Assembly (NCBI GenBank): GCA_951406725.2
Contig: OX597823.1
Location: 93,744,001 to 93,808,000 of the forward strand
Reading direction: 5' to 3'
Length of the DNA: 64,000 nucleotides
Source: Octopus vulgaris
Lineage: Eukaryota
This document shows, in pieces, positions 41,751-55,007 of this stretch (position 1 is its first letter; each line of letters begins with the position of its first letter). Both the position numbers and the translations under genes were made by a program. Under the pieces are notes generated by a model, which was given only the letters and a program-made list of their open reading frames with translations, was not told where the DNA came from and did not search any database.

Positions 41751-42272
41751 ATGCGTGCTCATATGCGACGTAATATCACATCAGCAGCATTTCCTCACAT
41801 CCTCCTTGCACTTGGCGAAGGCAAAATACCAGGGGATGAAAATGGTAATATTGCCATCGATTCCATTTGTACCATTGTTAAGACGCCTTCTGATCTCAGA
41901 GATGCAGTGTTCCCAGATCTACAAGCTAATTATCAGAATATGGATTGGATTGGCAAAAAGGCTATACTGGCCCCGAGGAATAAAACTGTTCACCATATTA
42001 ATGATGAAATGCTAAAACTCATTCCTGGGGAAGTCTATGTATATCAGTCTATCGATACAACTCCTGACCCAGAGGACGTCATCGACTATCCAATAGAGGT
42101 ACTCAATTCCTTTGAGCACCCCGGACTACCACCACACTTTCTCAAACTTAAAGTTGGTGCCCCTATAATGCTCATCAGAAATTTGGTTCCCCCAAAACAA
42201 TGCAATGGCACACGTTTATTCGTTAAGTCCTTATCTCCCACCGTAAACTTATATCAATATTTGCCTGAATAA
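41751..42272 (+). pseudogene. Helitron PIF1/Rrm3-like helicase fragment (173 aa)
   Basis: Open frame with helicase motifs, but no Rep domain, Walker A motif or C-terminal motifs. Confidence 0.88.
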
Positions 42273-42348
42273 TCATCATAATTCAGTGCAATCATTAACA
42301 GTACTTTCAAGCAATTCAGCCCCGAGCAACGCCGGGCAATTCTGCTAG

Positions 42349-42438
<90 letters not shown>

Positions 42439-42441
<3 letters not shown>

Positions 42442-42592
42442 AGAGTTTACAAAAGAAACAAAAGACGAAGACAGGTGGTGTACAAAATAAACAGATGTAT
42501 TAGTATAACGCTCAGGAATAGAAAAAAGTCTTTTACGTTTCGAGCCTACGCTCTTCTACAAAAAGCGACGCAGAAAAAACAAGGGGAGAAAC
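42439..42592 (-). mobile_element. Penelope-type pseudo-LTR repeat with a hammerhead-like motif (42528-42565)
   Basis: Reverse complement cttt-ttgtaga-a-GAGC-gtag-GCTC-GAAAC-GTA-aaag. Confidence 0.7.
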
Positions 42593-42595
42593 AAG

Positions 42596-42660
<65 letters not shown>

Positions 42661-42873
42661 TTATATGTACGTACGTACGTTCTATGTATTTTTAGTGGTT
42701 ATTTCCGATGTTAACATTGTTCATCATGTTATTTACATTTATAAATATTATTGTTAATTTTATAATAAATGATGTACCATTTTCTTGTTACTCCTGTTGA
42801 TAATTCACCCGGTTTCATTTTCCTGCTAAGGATGTGAGATATATACACACACACACGCACTCACACAAATATT

Positions 42874-42904
<31 letters not shown>

Positions 42905-43569
42905 ATGTATGTATATATGTATGTATGTATATATATATAAATGCATGTATATATGTATGCATATAAATATATATATATGTACATATATGCATTTATATGG
43001 ATGTAACTGTATGTGTGTGTGCTTGAATGTGTGTGTATAGCCACATATTTATATATGCATATTTATCTATGTACACACGAACACACACAAGCACACAAAC
43101 ACATATACATGTATACATATACATACGTGCATACATATATATTTATATATACGCATACATTTGTATATATGTGCGTGCGTTTGTGTGTGTATGTGCGTGT
43201 GAGTATGTGTTTGAGTGTGTCTGTGTATCCTCGTAATAAGAATCAATTAGGAGAGTTAGTTCATCTCTTTATTGTAAAACATAGAAAACATAAACCTTGA
43301 CATGTGTTTCACGGGCGAATGCTAGTATGTTGTATAATAATAGTTACGTAAAGGGAATATGTGTGAGTGTGTGTGTGTGTGAGAGAGATAGAGATAGAGA
43401 GAGAGAGAGAGAGAGTGCGTGTGTGTGTGTACGTGTGTGAAATGGCCAGTTAGCTGAACAGTTTCAACTACGGTTACAAGATTATGCTCTGGTATCAAAT
43501 CCTATTCCAAATTCTATATAAATTGAAATCTGTAACTTGCTTTAAATATTTTCCGGATTTTTTTAATAT

Positions 43570-44149
43570 TCTTTTCCACTCTAAGTACAAGGCCCGAAAT
43601 TTTTGGGGAGGGGACCAGTGGTTTAGATCGACCTCAGTACACAACTGGTACTTAAAATATCGACCACGAAAGGGTGAAAGGCATAGTCGACCTCGGCGGA
43701 ATTTGAACTCAGAACGTAAAGACAGAAGAAATACTTATGTCTTTACTACGCACAAGGGGATAAACACAGAGAGGACAAACAAGGACAGACAAAGGAATTA
43801 AGTCGATTACATCGACTCCAGTGCGTAACTGGTACTTATTTAATCGACCCAGAAAGGATGAAAGGTAAAGTCGACTTCGGCGGAATTTGAACTCAGAACA
43901 TAAAGGCAGAAGAAATACTTATGCCTTTACTACGCACAAGGGGATAAACACAGAGAGGACAAACAAGGACAGACAAATGAACTAAGTCGATTACATCGAC
44001 CCCAGTGCGTAACTGGTACTTAATTTATCGCCCCCGAAAGGATGAAAGGTAAAGTCAACCTCGGCGGAATTTGAACTCAGAACGTAGCGGCAGAAGAAAT
44101 ACCGCTAAGCATTACGCCCGGCGTGGTAACGATTCCGCAGCTCACCGCC
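43570..44149 (-). mobile_element. Tandem array of three SINE family A units (period ~184 bp)
   Basis: The junction agaagaaatacttatg(t/c)ctttactacgcacaaggggataaac occurs at ~43724 and ~43908. Only the last unit has the full head. Confidence 0.88.
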
Positions 44150-44499
44150 TTCAGAATTTTTCAAATTATCACTCTCATCCGCAGATCGGAATCTTCACAA
44201 AAGCATGGACGTTGTCTCCTATAAAGAAACAACGTGAGCAAGACTGTAGATCAAGGACTAATTGTAGTTGAGTTTCATACGTTGAAGTCTTTCGTAACAT
44301 TGAAATCACATTTTATTGTGATCCACAGCGTTTACACGCATGCAAGCTGTAACATTCCAGCCATTTGGAAGTTTACTAATAGTCAAAAAACTGCTTACTG
44401 TACAATTATAATGTATAGACGAAGAGACAGTTAATCTGTTTGGATGGAAGATTTTAGTATTAGATCGTACGTTCAACATGACTATATTCACTTAATATA

Positions 44500-44692
44500 A
44501 GGCAGCGAGCTGGCAGAAACGTTAGCGCGCCGGGCGAAATGCGTAGCCGTATTTCGTATGCCGTTATGTTCTGAGTTCAAATTCCGCCGAGGTCGACTTT
44601 GCCTTTCATCCTTTCGGAGTCGATAAATTAAATAGCAGTTTGTCCTTGTTTGTCCCCTCTGTGTTTAGTCCCTTGTGGGCAGTAAAGAAATA
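44500..44692 (+). mobile_element. SINE family A with a 14-bp TSD
   Basis: tatattcacttaat at 44483-44496 and 44693-44706. Confidence 0.9.
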
Positions 44693-46142
44693 TATATTCA
44701 CTTAATGTATTCCCATCATCTCCCGAGTTACAGAACTTTTCCAATTGCCGTGGTTCATTACCCCTCATTACCTGTATGAAAATATGATATACCATAATAC
44801 CTGTGCACCATAATATTTTCTTCTCGAACCGACGAGAGAAATTTTGCTGGTCGATCGACCAGCCTGAAATAGAATTACGACACTTTGTCGATTAAGACGA
44901 CGGTCGTTTCTATGGATCCACTCAAAGGATCAGCTTGCTCCCGGAATGAACGTGCATGTGACTGAGTGCTCCACAGATACGCCTGTCCTTAATGTAGTTC
45001 TCAGGGAGATTCCGCATGGCACAGAATATGACAAGCTTGATCCTTAAAAATACAGGTACTACTCATTTTTGCCAGCTGAGTGGACTGAAACAGCGTGAAA
45101 TAAAGTACATTGCTCAAATATACAACAAGCCATCAGGAATCGAAACCACGACTTTACGATCGTAGCCACGCGTAATTCACAGAAAGAGTTTTAAATGTCT
45201 TTTGATGTGGACTTTGCTCCCTTAAAGTAGGATGCGATACATTAAGTAACGCAGTTGTAGACAGAGACTAAAACACATGATGTGGTCACGGATAGATTCA
45301 CTTTTCTCATATGACTTGTTATTTTTTTTCTCGATCCTTCTTTTCATCCTACAACCCACAAAAAAAAGAAAACAGAAAATAATTATGCCAGCAGAAATGC
45401 AAGACAAACATCAAATTATTTTCACCAGTGTCATTGCCACAGCGTTTCCAAGGAAACACAAAGAACTTTTACCGCATCACTCGACTTGCTAGAAATAATA
45501 CTCAAATCTCAGTTTACAGTCCTAAAAAGAGAAGTGATATTATAAAATGAAGTCTCGGATCGATTATATTTGAGATGGAGACTGGAAATAGCAGCTGATA
45601 CATCTTTAATCAGATCAGTGGTTGGTCTCACTATAACTTTCCAGAAAAATGTATGCTCCACCGGGGAAATATCCTTAAAGAAATATTCACATGAGAGTTT
45701 TAGGATAACGCTATACCTAAAGAAAACAGTCTCTTCACGCAGTATGCATGGTTGGAGAGATTGCCTTGGCTAGAATGACTATTGCAGTATTATGTTTGCT
45801 GTGAAAAAAAGGATTTTCATAATGCCACGTCCCACTGAAAGAGAAGAGATGAAACATTTTGGATCCCAAGCTCCCGACAATTTTTCCAGGTCCCTCCAGA
45901 GGAGCGTACATCCCACGTTGGGTATCACTGGATTAGAGACTTAGTGGATCAGAGACCTGAAGTCTAATACAGGAAAAATAACTTTTGTTGTTGCGAGTCA
46001 GAGATCTCTTGTGCAATAAATCTCTAACGCATTTAATCGTTATAGTCCGGAGATCGCAATTTGTTAGCATATAGGAACTAAACGCCCTCTTTGGCAGAGT
46101 AAACAACGGAGAGCTTTTACGTATAGCAGCCATTTTAAATTT

Positions 46143-46490
46143 TAATCTTTTATTTGTCTCATTCATTTGACTGTGGCCATGCTGGGGTACTGCCTTGAAC
46201 AATTTTTTGTTGAATGAATCAACCCTAGTATTTTTATTTTAATGCCTCTTACTTATTCCATTGGGGTTTTTGACGAACCGCTAAGTTACGGAGATATAAA
46301 GACACGAATATCGACTGTCAAACTATAAAACGAGGAGGGGCTTCTTTCAGTTTCCGTCCACAAAATTTATTCGCAAGGCTTTGGGTGGCCTGATGATATA
46401 GTAGAAGACACCTGACCAAGGTGCCACGCGATGGAACTGAACCCGGAATCAAATGTTTGAGAAGCAAACTTCTTACCACACAGCCACATC
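46143..46490 (-). mobile_element. SINE family B, degraded
   Basis: catttgactgtggccatgctgggg...gggcttctttcagtttccgtc...cttaccacacagccac. Confidence 0.85.
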
Positions 46491-47755
46491 TTATTTAGAG
46501 ACCAACGAAAAGGTATATTTTAAATTTCTGTCCTACATTATGCTTGAGAAGAAGAAGACAGGGTGGAGCCGCTGTGGTAGATTTGATGAGGTGTTTGTTG
46601 CACCCACGTGATCTTAGGTTTACAACATCACCAACATCAAGAACATCACAAATACTGTGACTCCCAACAACACTCTTCTTTATAGTAAACAAGAAGCTAG
46701 CAGGCCCTACTTGTAAGAAATACCACTTAATTCTCAGCTGAGAGTCTTATTAAAGAGAAAGGAAAGTTATGAATGTTTTCAAATGGAAGACGGGTGATAG
46801 CAACGGGAATATTTCTTCATCAGATGCTTACTGGATCCGAGTGACCTAACACAAAGTGCCAGATATTGACCGCAACAGAAATACAGTAAAAGTTATGGAT
46901 ACAAGCTTCTGTTTTTCATAGTAAAACGATCGAACCATTATCCGGAATATTAGCTAATGGAGAAAGAATATGTGTTGCGAAATTAAAGAATAAAATAAAT
47001 GAAGTTACCAACATATGCGACGAAATCTGCGAAACAAAACCCTACGAAATTTTTAGATAAGTCATAAAAGGGATCTTAGTCATAAAACGTATAATGTTTC
47101 ATTTCGAAGATTTCTTGAATCAAAGAAGAAATACAAAATCTGAAGGAAACAGACTTCGTTGGGAAAATGCGGCAGTAATTTGGAGCCTGTGTCTGTAAAT
47201 AATAACATATTTTATGACGAAGAGCTTAAAAATCCGTTCAGCTATAAAGCAAAGGATTTTAGTGTATATGTTGTGTGAGTTTGTGGTTGTGTGTATCTGT
47301 GTTTGAGGAAATGTATGTATTTGTGTGTGGAGATCTCTGCATAACGCCTGTGCAATAATTTATACATTTATCTATGTATGTGTTCATATGTATGTCTATA
47401 AACATACGTATGTATGCATGTGTATGTATCTCACTTTCTCTCTCTCTCTCTCGATGTATATACATATATATATATATATACATACATAGAGAGATAGATA
47501 GAAAGATAAATAGATACATACATACGTACATACATACATATATACATACATACATACATACATACATACATACATACATACATACATACATACATACATA
47601 CATACATACGTACGTACGTACATACATACATTGACAGACAGATATTTTGATAAGTTATTTGGAAGGAAACTCGAGTCTCTTCAATCTCTTGTGTACTTTC
47701 ATGCAAATAAATACAAAATATGTATGAGTGTCTGTACATGTACATATATGCATTG

Positions 47756-47800
<45 letters not shown>

Positions 47801-48318
47801 TGCTTCAGCATCACTGCATGTGTGCGTATGAATAATTTCCAATATTTTATTTGTAAAAATTAAACGTCGTTTATTGCCTCATTTCATTTTCAAATATTTC
47901 TTTACTACAGCTGTTGTTGCTATTCTTAATATCTTTGTTATTTTACATAATCATGGCTGTTCCTCTTTTCCACGTTTGTTAAAAGAAGGAGATTAACAGA
48001 ACAGCATCTCATCTTTATAATAAACATGTTCTTGAAATATCTTACCCTATTTTTACATTATATTTTTATTACTCATTTCCTCATCTTTTAATAGCGACTG
48101 CACATATTCTTAATGGCATTGACGACGCTGCTGTTGTTGTTGTTGTATCTATTATTATTTATCATCGGAACGAATGCTTTTCGCTTTTATTGGCTCAGCA
48201 GAAGAGAACAGGAGGAAAAGATGAGCAAAGATACAAAAATTATGCAACAGATCGTGTTTCACACATTTATTAAGAATAAATGAATGAATGAATGATAATT
48301 AGGATTAGAGAATCTCAT

Positions 48319-48439
<121 letters not shown>

Positions 48440-48453
48440 TAGATATAGATATA

Positions 48454-48839
48454 CTAGTAGTATCGCCCGGCGTTGTTCGGGTTTGTTTCGACCCTTTAGA
48501 ATTGGAATTTTTGAAAAGTAAAAATTTTGCATTATGTTGCTTATTCTATTTAAGTGAACATTTTTCTGCTTCAAATACACCGAAAGATGGCGACACAGCA
48601 GTCAAAAATTCGTATAAAATAGGGATTTTTATAGAAAAAAGCACCTTTTTGGTGTAGATAATTTTTGGTATTAACATGGTCCAATTTGAATTTTTTTTCT
48701 TCTACGGAATGAAGAGCATGCCTTCTTCTATCATACTACCAATTTTGGTCAACTTCTGCCACAGGGTCTCGGAGGAGATAGTGTTAGTTGAAGGCTACCA
48801 AACCTGCTATACACAGACAACTTCAGCTTTATATATAGA
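48454..48839 (-). mobile_element. Short non-autonomous Helitron (~385 bp)
   Basis: Minus strand starts TCtatatataaagctg and ends cccgaacaacgccgggcgatactaCTAG|t. Confidence 0.85.
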
Positions 48840-49384
48840 GAGAATTATAATGGCTGGAGCTGTCCTGATGCACAACAGAGAGCAATGATTAACTGGAGAG
48901 ATATGAGCCATGTTTAGCGTGTTCACTGTATTTGAATTACATAAGGACCTTCAAAGTTATTCATGCCTGCATGTGTATATATCTGTGTGTGGATATTGTA
49001 TATGTACAGGCGTATTTGTATGTATTTATACGTATGTATATACATATATATGTGTCCATATATATATATATGCGTATGTTTGCGTATGTTCCTTTTATTG
49101 AAGCACATTATAATTCTTTAATTTCAAACTTAAACTTCTAAACCCGCCAAATATTATGACGAAATGGTTGTTTCCCTTGTAATAGCTGCAGCCAATAGGG
49201 GAAGTACGGATCTCTGAAAAAGTCTAGCCGTGAATTTTGTGACAATATGGCGTCATGTTTCTGAATACATGCCTCTAATATTACTAACGACGAAATACCT
49301 TCTTTAAGAAACAATCGAAATGTGTAAGTTGAACTAAACCAAATACAACTTTTCCTTACAAAATTTCATTTTGTTTCTTTAATA

Positions 49385-50043
49385 ATGGTTTCAATTTTAG
49401 GCAAGAGACTAGCAATTTCTGGGGAGGAGGGAAGTCGATTATATCGACCAACCACGGTGTTTGATTCTTAGTTATTTCATCAACTCGAAAAGGAAGAGCG
49501 AAATACACTTCGGCGGAATTTGAACTCAGGGCCCAAAGACAGAAAATGCCGCTAAGTAATTGGCCAGACGCGCAAGTGATTCTGTCAGCTCACCACCTTG
49601 TTTATATCTTTTATAATGGATTCAATTTTTTGCACAAAGCGAGCAATTTCTGCGAAGGGGGTAAGTACCATCTCAGTACTCGATACGTGCTTATTTCATC
49701 GACCTCGGGTGGATGAGAGGCAAAATCAAGCCCGGAAGAAATTGAACTCAGAACATAACGGTAGACAAAATGCCGTTTAGCAATTTTCCCAGGGTGCTAA
49801 CGATTCTGCTTGCACACTGCCTTAAATATTGGTTTCCAATTTTTGACACAAGACCAACAAGATCGAGGAAAGTGATAAGTCGACTACATTTATTCTCGTG
49901 CTCGACTGGTCCTTTTTACATCGACCCCGAAATGAGCAAAGTTCAAGTACACCCCTACGGAATTTGAACTCAAATCATGAATACAGACGATAAGCTGCTA
50001 CGCATTGTGCCCACCGTGCTAACGAATCCGCCATCTCGCCGCC
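49385..50043 (-). mobile_element. Three adjacent degenerate SINE family A copies
   Basis: Three occurrences of (g/a)a(a/t)ttgaactca...(gc/tg)(c/t)aacga(t/a)tc / ctcgccgcc-type heads. Confidence 0.75.
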
Positions 50044-50808
50044 TTTTCTAAATCCTTAATAAAGATTTCTGCGAATATTTCAGGGAAGATTTAGTTTCAT
50101 TCTGGTGAGGAATTTTGTTCGAAACCTTTCACTTTTCTTCTCGGCAATAAAATAACTTACCTCCTTTGTATCAATTTTATATAAGAAATACTTAATACTT
50201 TAACAGTTGTAATTTTATTTTTTCAAATTTTTTCCTTTTATAAGGTGAGTAACGTAACTATTAAAATAGTTACTATTTTAACTTCAACACATCACTTTAG
50301 AGCTTTGTTAAACTTCATTTCAATGCGACTTCAATGTCCTATGTTCCATTCTATTGTAAATGCCAATATCAAATAATACAATTCCATTATTGAAGTCTGA
50401 CTCAAATGGAAACGAACAACACTTTCTTACCAACGACGACAACGTACTTATTTCATTGACATTGAAATCTATTAGAACAAATATCAGAAATGACAAGCGA
50501 CATGGCGTAGGCATCGACCATTCCTGCTTTCGCATTTGCAATGTAATATCTTCCAAGGCAAAGATGATTTCAATAAATCGATCTTCTTTCCTCACAGAAG
50601 AGGTAAATTTCTGGTGATTTAGTGAGGTTATTGTAGAATTGTTAGTGGTTTCAAACTAATTTATCTCTTGCTTGTTTCGGTCATTGGACAGCGGCCATGC
50701 GGGTTCACCGCTTTGAAGGGCATAGTCGAACAAATCGACCCAGTGCTTAATTTTGATGACTGATAGCTATATTAACTTTCAAAGACGCAAACAAACACAC
50801 TCATATAC

Positions 50809-50875
<67 letters not shown>

Positions 50876-50889
50876 CGTGTGTATGTATG

Positions 50890-50943
<54 letters not shown>

Positions 50944-51329
50944 GTAAATAATAATATTTTATTAGCTTAGAGTTTATAGTGATCACAGCTCAATGATGAA
51001 AGAAAATAGTCTAATAATGGGACATATAAGCCCTGGACAGAAAAACTAAACCTTCCGTACCCGTGGGACTCGAACCCACAACACCGAGTGCAGTACTGAT
51101 TACACTAGCGAGCCTACTGTTTTTTCAGGACTATTTAAGAACTATAATTTGTACTTAATTGTTTTGTAAATACACTATCTTGTGCTTTTTACTGCTGTAC
51201 TAAGCAGTACCTGTTTTTACAATTCTGTAAATAATGATAATAGTATTTTACTAGTTTAAAGCTTAAGCAATCACGGCGCAATGACTAAAGAAAATAGTCT
51301 AATAATGGGATACCGATTAAACTTGCGAA

Positions 51330-52460
51330 CCTACCTATTTGGAATGATGAAAAGACATACAATGAAATGCAGATTGTATTAGGCGCACAGAAGGACCCTA
51401 TCAAAATTTACCATGCATGGGAAGACATCAAAGTAGCAGGCATAAGAATGACATTCACTAAGGATCAGAAGTGGGAATCCCCTGGTAAAGATAGGGAGCC
51501 AAATTTCTGGCTTGCAATCCGATGTAGACTAAAATCACACACATCAGTGACTTCAGAACTCAGAGCTAAAGGCAGTAAGCGAAGGTTTTATTTTAGCTGC
51601 TCAGTATTAGAGATTATTAAAGGCGGCGAGCTGGCAGAAACGTTAGCATGCCGGGTAAAATGCGTAGCCGTATTTCCTCTGGCATTACGCTCAGAGTTCA
51701 AATTCCGCCGAGGTCGACTTTACCTTTTATCCTTTCGGGGTCGATAAATTAAGTACCATTTACGGACTGGGGTCGATGTAATCGACTTAATCCGTTTGTC
51801 GGTCCTTGTTTGTCCCGTCTATGTTTAGCCCCTTGTGAGTAGTAAAGAAATATGTATCAGAGATTATTAACCCGGAACTGCCAAGACAATGTGAGGAAAA
51901 TAGAATTAACCCAAGTGCTGATACTGTAACGATGAGATTGAATCAGTGGATCTCCTAATCTCTGGGTGTAAGATTTTAGCACCAGTAGAGTATAAATCTA
52001 CACATGACAGAGTTGGTCAATATCCACACTAGTTAACATGTCAGCATTATCAAATCAAAGCTGCTGACAAATGGTATAAGCACCATCGTGAGGCTGGAAC
52101 TGAGGGAGAAAACGTAACGGTCCAGTATGTACAGACCAGGCCATCAAAGCTAATTGACCAGATATTGTTGTGAAAGACCAAAACAATAAGACCTGTTCAC
52201 TGATTGACATGAGTATACCTTGTGATCATAATATCTCGGCAAAAAAGCTTGATAAGCTCAGAAAATATAAAGATTTCCTGATTGAAATTGGAAAAATGTG
52301 GCACCTCAAAACGGTTACAATACCAGTAATTGTAGGAGAACTTGGAATGATTAAAAAGGGAACTGAAAGCAATTTGCGTATAATCCCTGGCTTACCACCC
52401 TTGTAGGAAGTTATAAAAGGTTGTCTTAACTGGTAACTGGTCACAAGTATTGAGAAGAGC
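51330..52460 (+). mobile_element. R4/Dong-like RLE non-LTR retrotransposon remnant with a large internal deletion, interrupted by a SINE
   Basis: KWESPGKDREPNFWL (start of RT), then LKAVSEGFILAAQ..LLTRN, KC*YC..IESVDLLISGC (CCHC), HDRVGQY, AN*PDIVVKD..CSLIDMSIP..KLRKYKD..IPVIVGELG (RLE). Confidence 0.85.
51621..51853 (+). mobile_element. SINE family A, full-length reference copy with a 17-bp TSD
   Basis: A box tggcagaaacgtta, B box gagttcaaattcc, central cctttcggggtcgataaattaagtacc. TSD gtattagagattattaa (51604) / gtatcagagattattaa (51854). Confidence 0.92.
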
Positions 52461-52716
52461 AATGAAGCTGTAAATTTTCTTTCCTTATCCACCTGTATTT
52501 TCTTTGCATCCCATTTTTCTTTCCTTTTGCTATCTGTCTTTCTTCCCTTTCTTTTTCTATCACATTACTTTGTGAATAAACAATCTGCTGTGTATATTTT
52601 GATGACTTACAGTATACAGTGAGTTTGCTTGCCCTAGGTGTTGGGAAGAGACTCGGCAAGAAGTGGAAACAAGATTGAAAAAAGATAACAAAAACAACAA
52701 CAACAACAACAACAAC

Positions 52717-52776
<60 letters not shown>

Positions 52777-53161
52777 GATAACAATTGGATGTTATGTATC
52801 GCGAAAAGAGACACTGTGAGGCCCTAGACAACAGGTTGTTGCCTGTTCTTATGGAATTAGCCAGAGGAAATGAAATCGAGATTTCTGAAAAGGAAATGAA
52901 AAGAACACACTCAGATATTTGTATGTGAATCACAGTGTAAAATATCAAAAGTCGTATAGTTATAGCGGAAACACTTACATACCTTTCTTTGAACTGAGAA
53001 ACGCAATTCAAAGAGATGGGAAAAGAGGCGAGATTTTTTATCCACATGAAAGTATGACACGTCTCACATTTTGTACATTTCGATGCGTTTTGCGAGTTTT
53101 TCACTTTACCTCACTAAACACCAACTTAAGCAAATTTAAAAGAATTTCTTTATGTGGTGTT

Positions 53162-53197
<36 letters not shown>

Positions 53198-53316
53198 AAA
53201 CACAACTAATATTACTACTATACCTATTAATACTCCTCTTCCTTCTCCTCCTCATTCTACCACTACTACTGCAACCATTATTATAATCATTATTATTCTT
53301 CATTATTATTATTATT

Positions 53317-53917
53317 CTGTTTCACTTTTGCTTTACATTTGCACAAGCTGGCTCCAAGTCTCATCCAGAGACCTCAAGAGACAACAAGTTGGAAGTTCGT
53401 GTTAGTGTTATGCCTAGGGTGCCATTTATTCTGTACTTAGTGTTGTACTAGTGAATGTCTAAAAAAAAACCATACGAAAATTATTTTTGTTTTAAAACAT
53501 GAGATTACATAAAAAAGTATTTTGCGTAGGATATGAGCAGTTCCCATGAGCACTATCTTTTGAATTTCTGCCTTTTTGGGGTTTCCTGGTATCTGAGTTA
53601 GGTAGCAATCAGCCCCTTTTGCTATTATTCCTAGGGCACCTAGGACAACAGGTATTGTTTTAGTCTTGAGGTTCCACATTTTGCTGATTTCTATTTCAAG
53701 ATCTTTATACTTGCTCAGTTTCTGGTAGGTCTTGACAGATACGTTTATATCGATTGGGACAGTCATATCAATGAGGAGGCATGTTCTTTGTTTGAAGTCT
53801 TTCAATATGATGTCTGGCCTATTTGCATCTATCTTTCTCTCAGTTTGAATGGGGAAGTTCCAGAGGAGTGAGATGTGGTCATTTTCAAGCACTGGAGGTG
53901 GTTTGCATTCCCACCAG

Positions 53918-53922
<5 letters not shown>
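53317..53922 (-). mobile_element. 5'-truncated R4/Dong-like retrotransposon (RLE domain plus 3' UTR) inserted in (TAA)n
   Basis: ORF 53437..53892: LLWNFPIQTERKIDANRPDIILKD..CLLIDMTVP..KLSKYKDLEIEISKMW..IPVVLGALG. (ATT)n abuts both ends. Confidence 0.92.
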
Positions 53923-53988
<66 letters not shown>

Positions 53989-54069
53989 TAATTATGTTAT
54001 TTATTTTTTGGTAAAACTTTCTCGATTGCTGTTTACAATAATTCTCACCAGCTTGTTCCTTTTTCTTTC

Positions 54070-54268
54070 ACATGTTTCAGTCATTTGAATTCGGTCATAC
54101 TGGAGCACCGTCTTTAGTCGAACAAATCGAACCCAGGACTTATTCTTTGTAAGCCTGGTACTTATGCCATCGGTTTCGTTCGCCGAACCGCTAGCTTAAT
54201 GAGACGTAAACACAACAACATCGGTTAACTAGTAATGGTGGGTAAGACAATCACAGACACAAAGACAA

Positions 54269-54341
<73 letters not shown>

Positions 54342-54370
54342 CATATAGATATACAGTATAAATATGTATG

Positions 54371-54406
<36 letters not shown>

Positions 54407-54539
54407 GAGAGAGACGCGCTTCTTTCAGCTTCCGTCTACCAAATCCACTCACAATTCTGTGGTGGGCCCGAGTCTATAGTATGAACCCAGAACCATGTAG
54501 TTGGGAAACAAACTTTTACCACACAGCTACGCCTGCGCC
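54070..54539 (-). mobile_element. SINE family B
   Basis: tgtttcagtcatttga...ttctttcagcttccgtctaccaaatccactcacaa...ccacacagctacgcctgcgcc. Confidence 0.85.
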
Positions 54540-54584
54540 CCTATATATAGATAGAGTGACATAGATAGATAGATAAATAGATAT

Positions 54585-54666
<82 letters not shown>

Positions 54667-54953
54667 CAATATATGTATGCGTGTTATATTGTATGTATGA
54701 ATTATGTTTATATTTAATTTTTTCTCCCTTTGCTTGTGATATTTGAACTTGTACATATTCTGTGATTATCCTTTCTCTAAGCTATTTATATTCTTTTTAC
54801 TTTCCATGACTATATTTACAAACCTTTTTACAACTGACGTCAATATGGTTTAGATAATTACTCAACAACACATCTATGATTGTATTCGTTCACAAATATA
54901 TCTTTTTACAGCTGGAAGTATATGAAATGCAAATATCTTTATTTTCCATTTCA

Positions 54954-55007
<54 letters not shown>

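Larger units (their letters stand above)
40499..42348 (+). mobile_element. Helitron derivative with a PIF1-type helicase fragment
   Basis: a|TCttattataaaag 5' end; 3' hairpin cccgagcaacgccggg followed by CTAG|t. ORF 41751..42272 has AILAPRN, LNSFEHPGLPPHFLKLKVGAPIMLIRNL and CNGTRL (Helitron RepHel helicase motifs). Confidence 0.92.

Noticed and set aside
41751-42272. Host PIF1 helicase gene
   Set aside because: It is a partial domain lying between Helitron TC and hairpin-CTAG termini.
43298-43326. Isolated Helitron-like 3' end (gtgtttcacggg...ctagt)
   Set aside because: The hairpin is degenerate and no 5' end can be defined, so it is too weak to call.
46790-46835. Minus-strand CTGATGA as another hammerhead
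   Set aside because: No stem II or properly placed GAAA follows.
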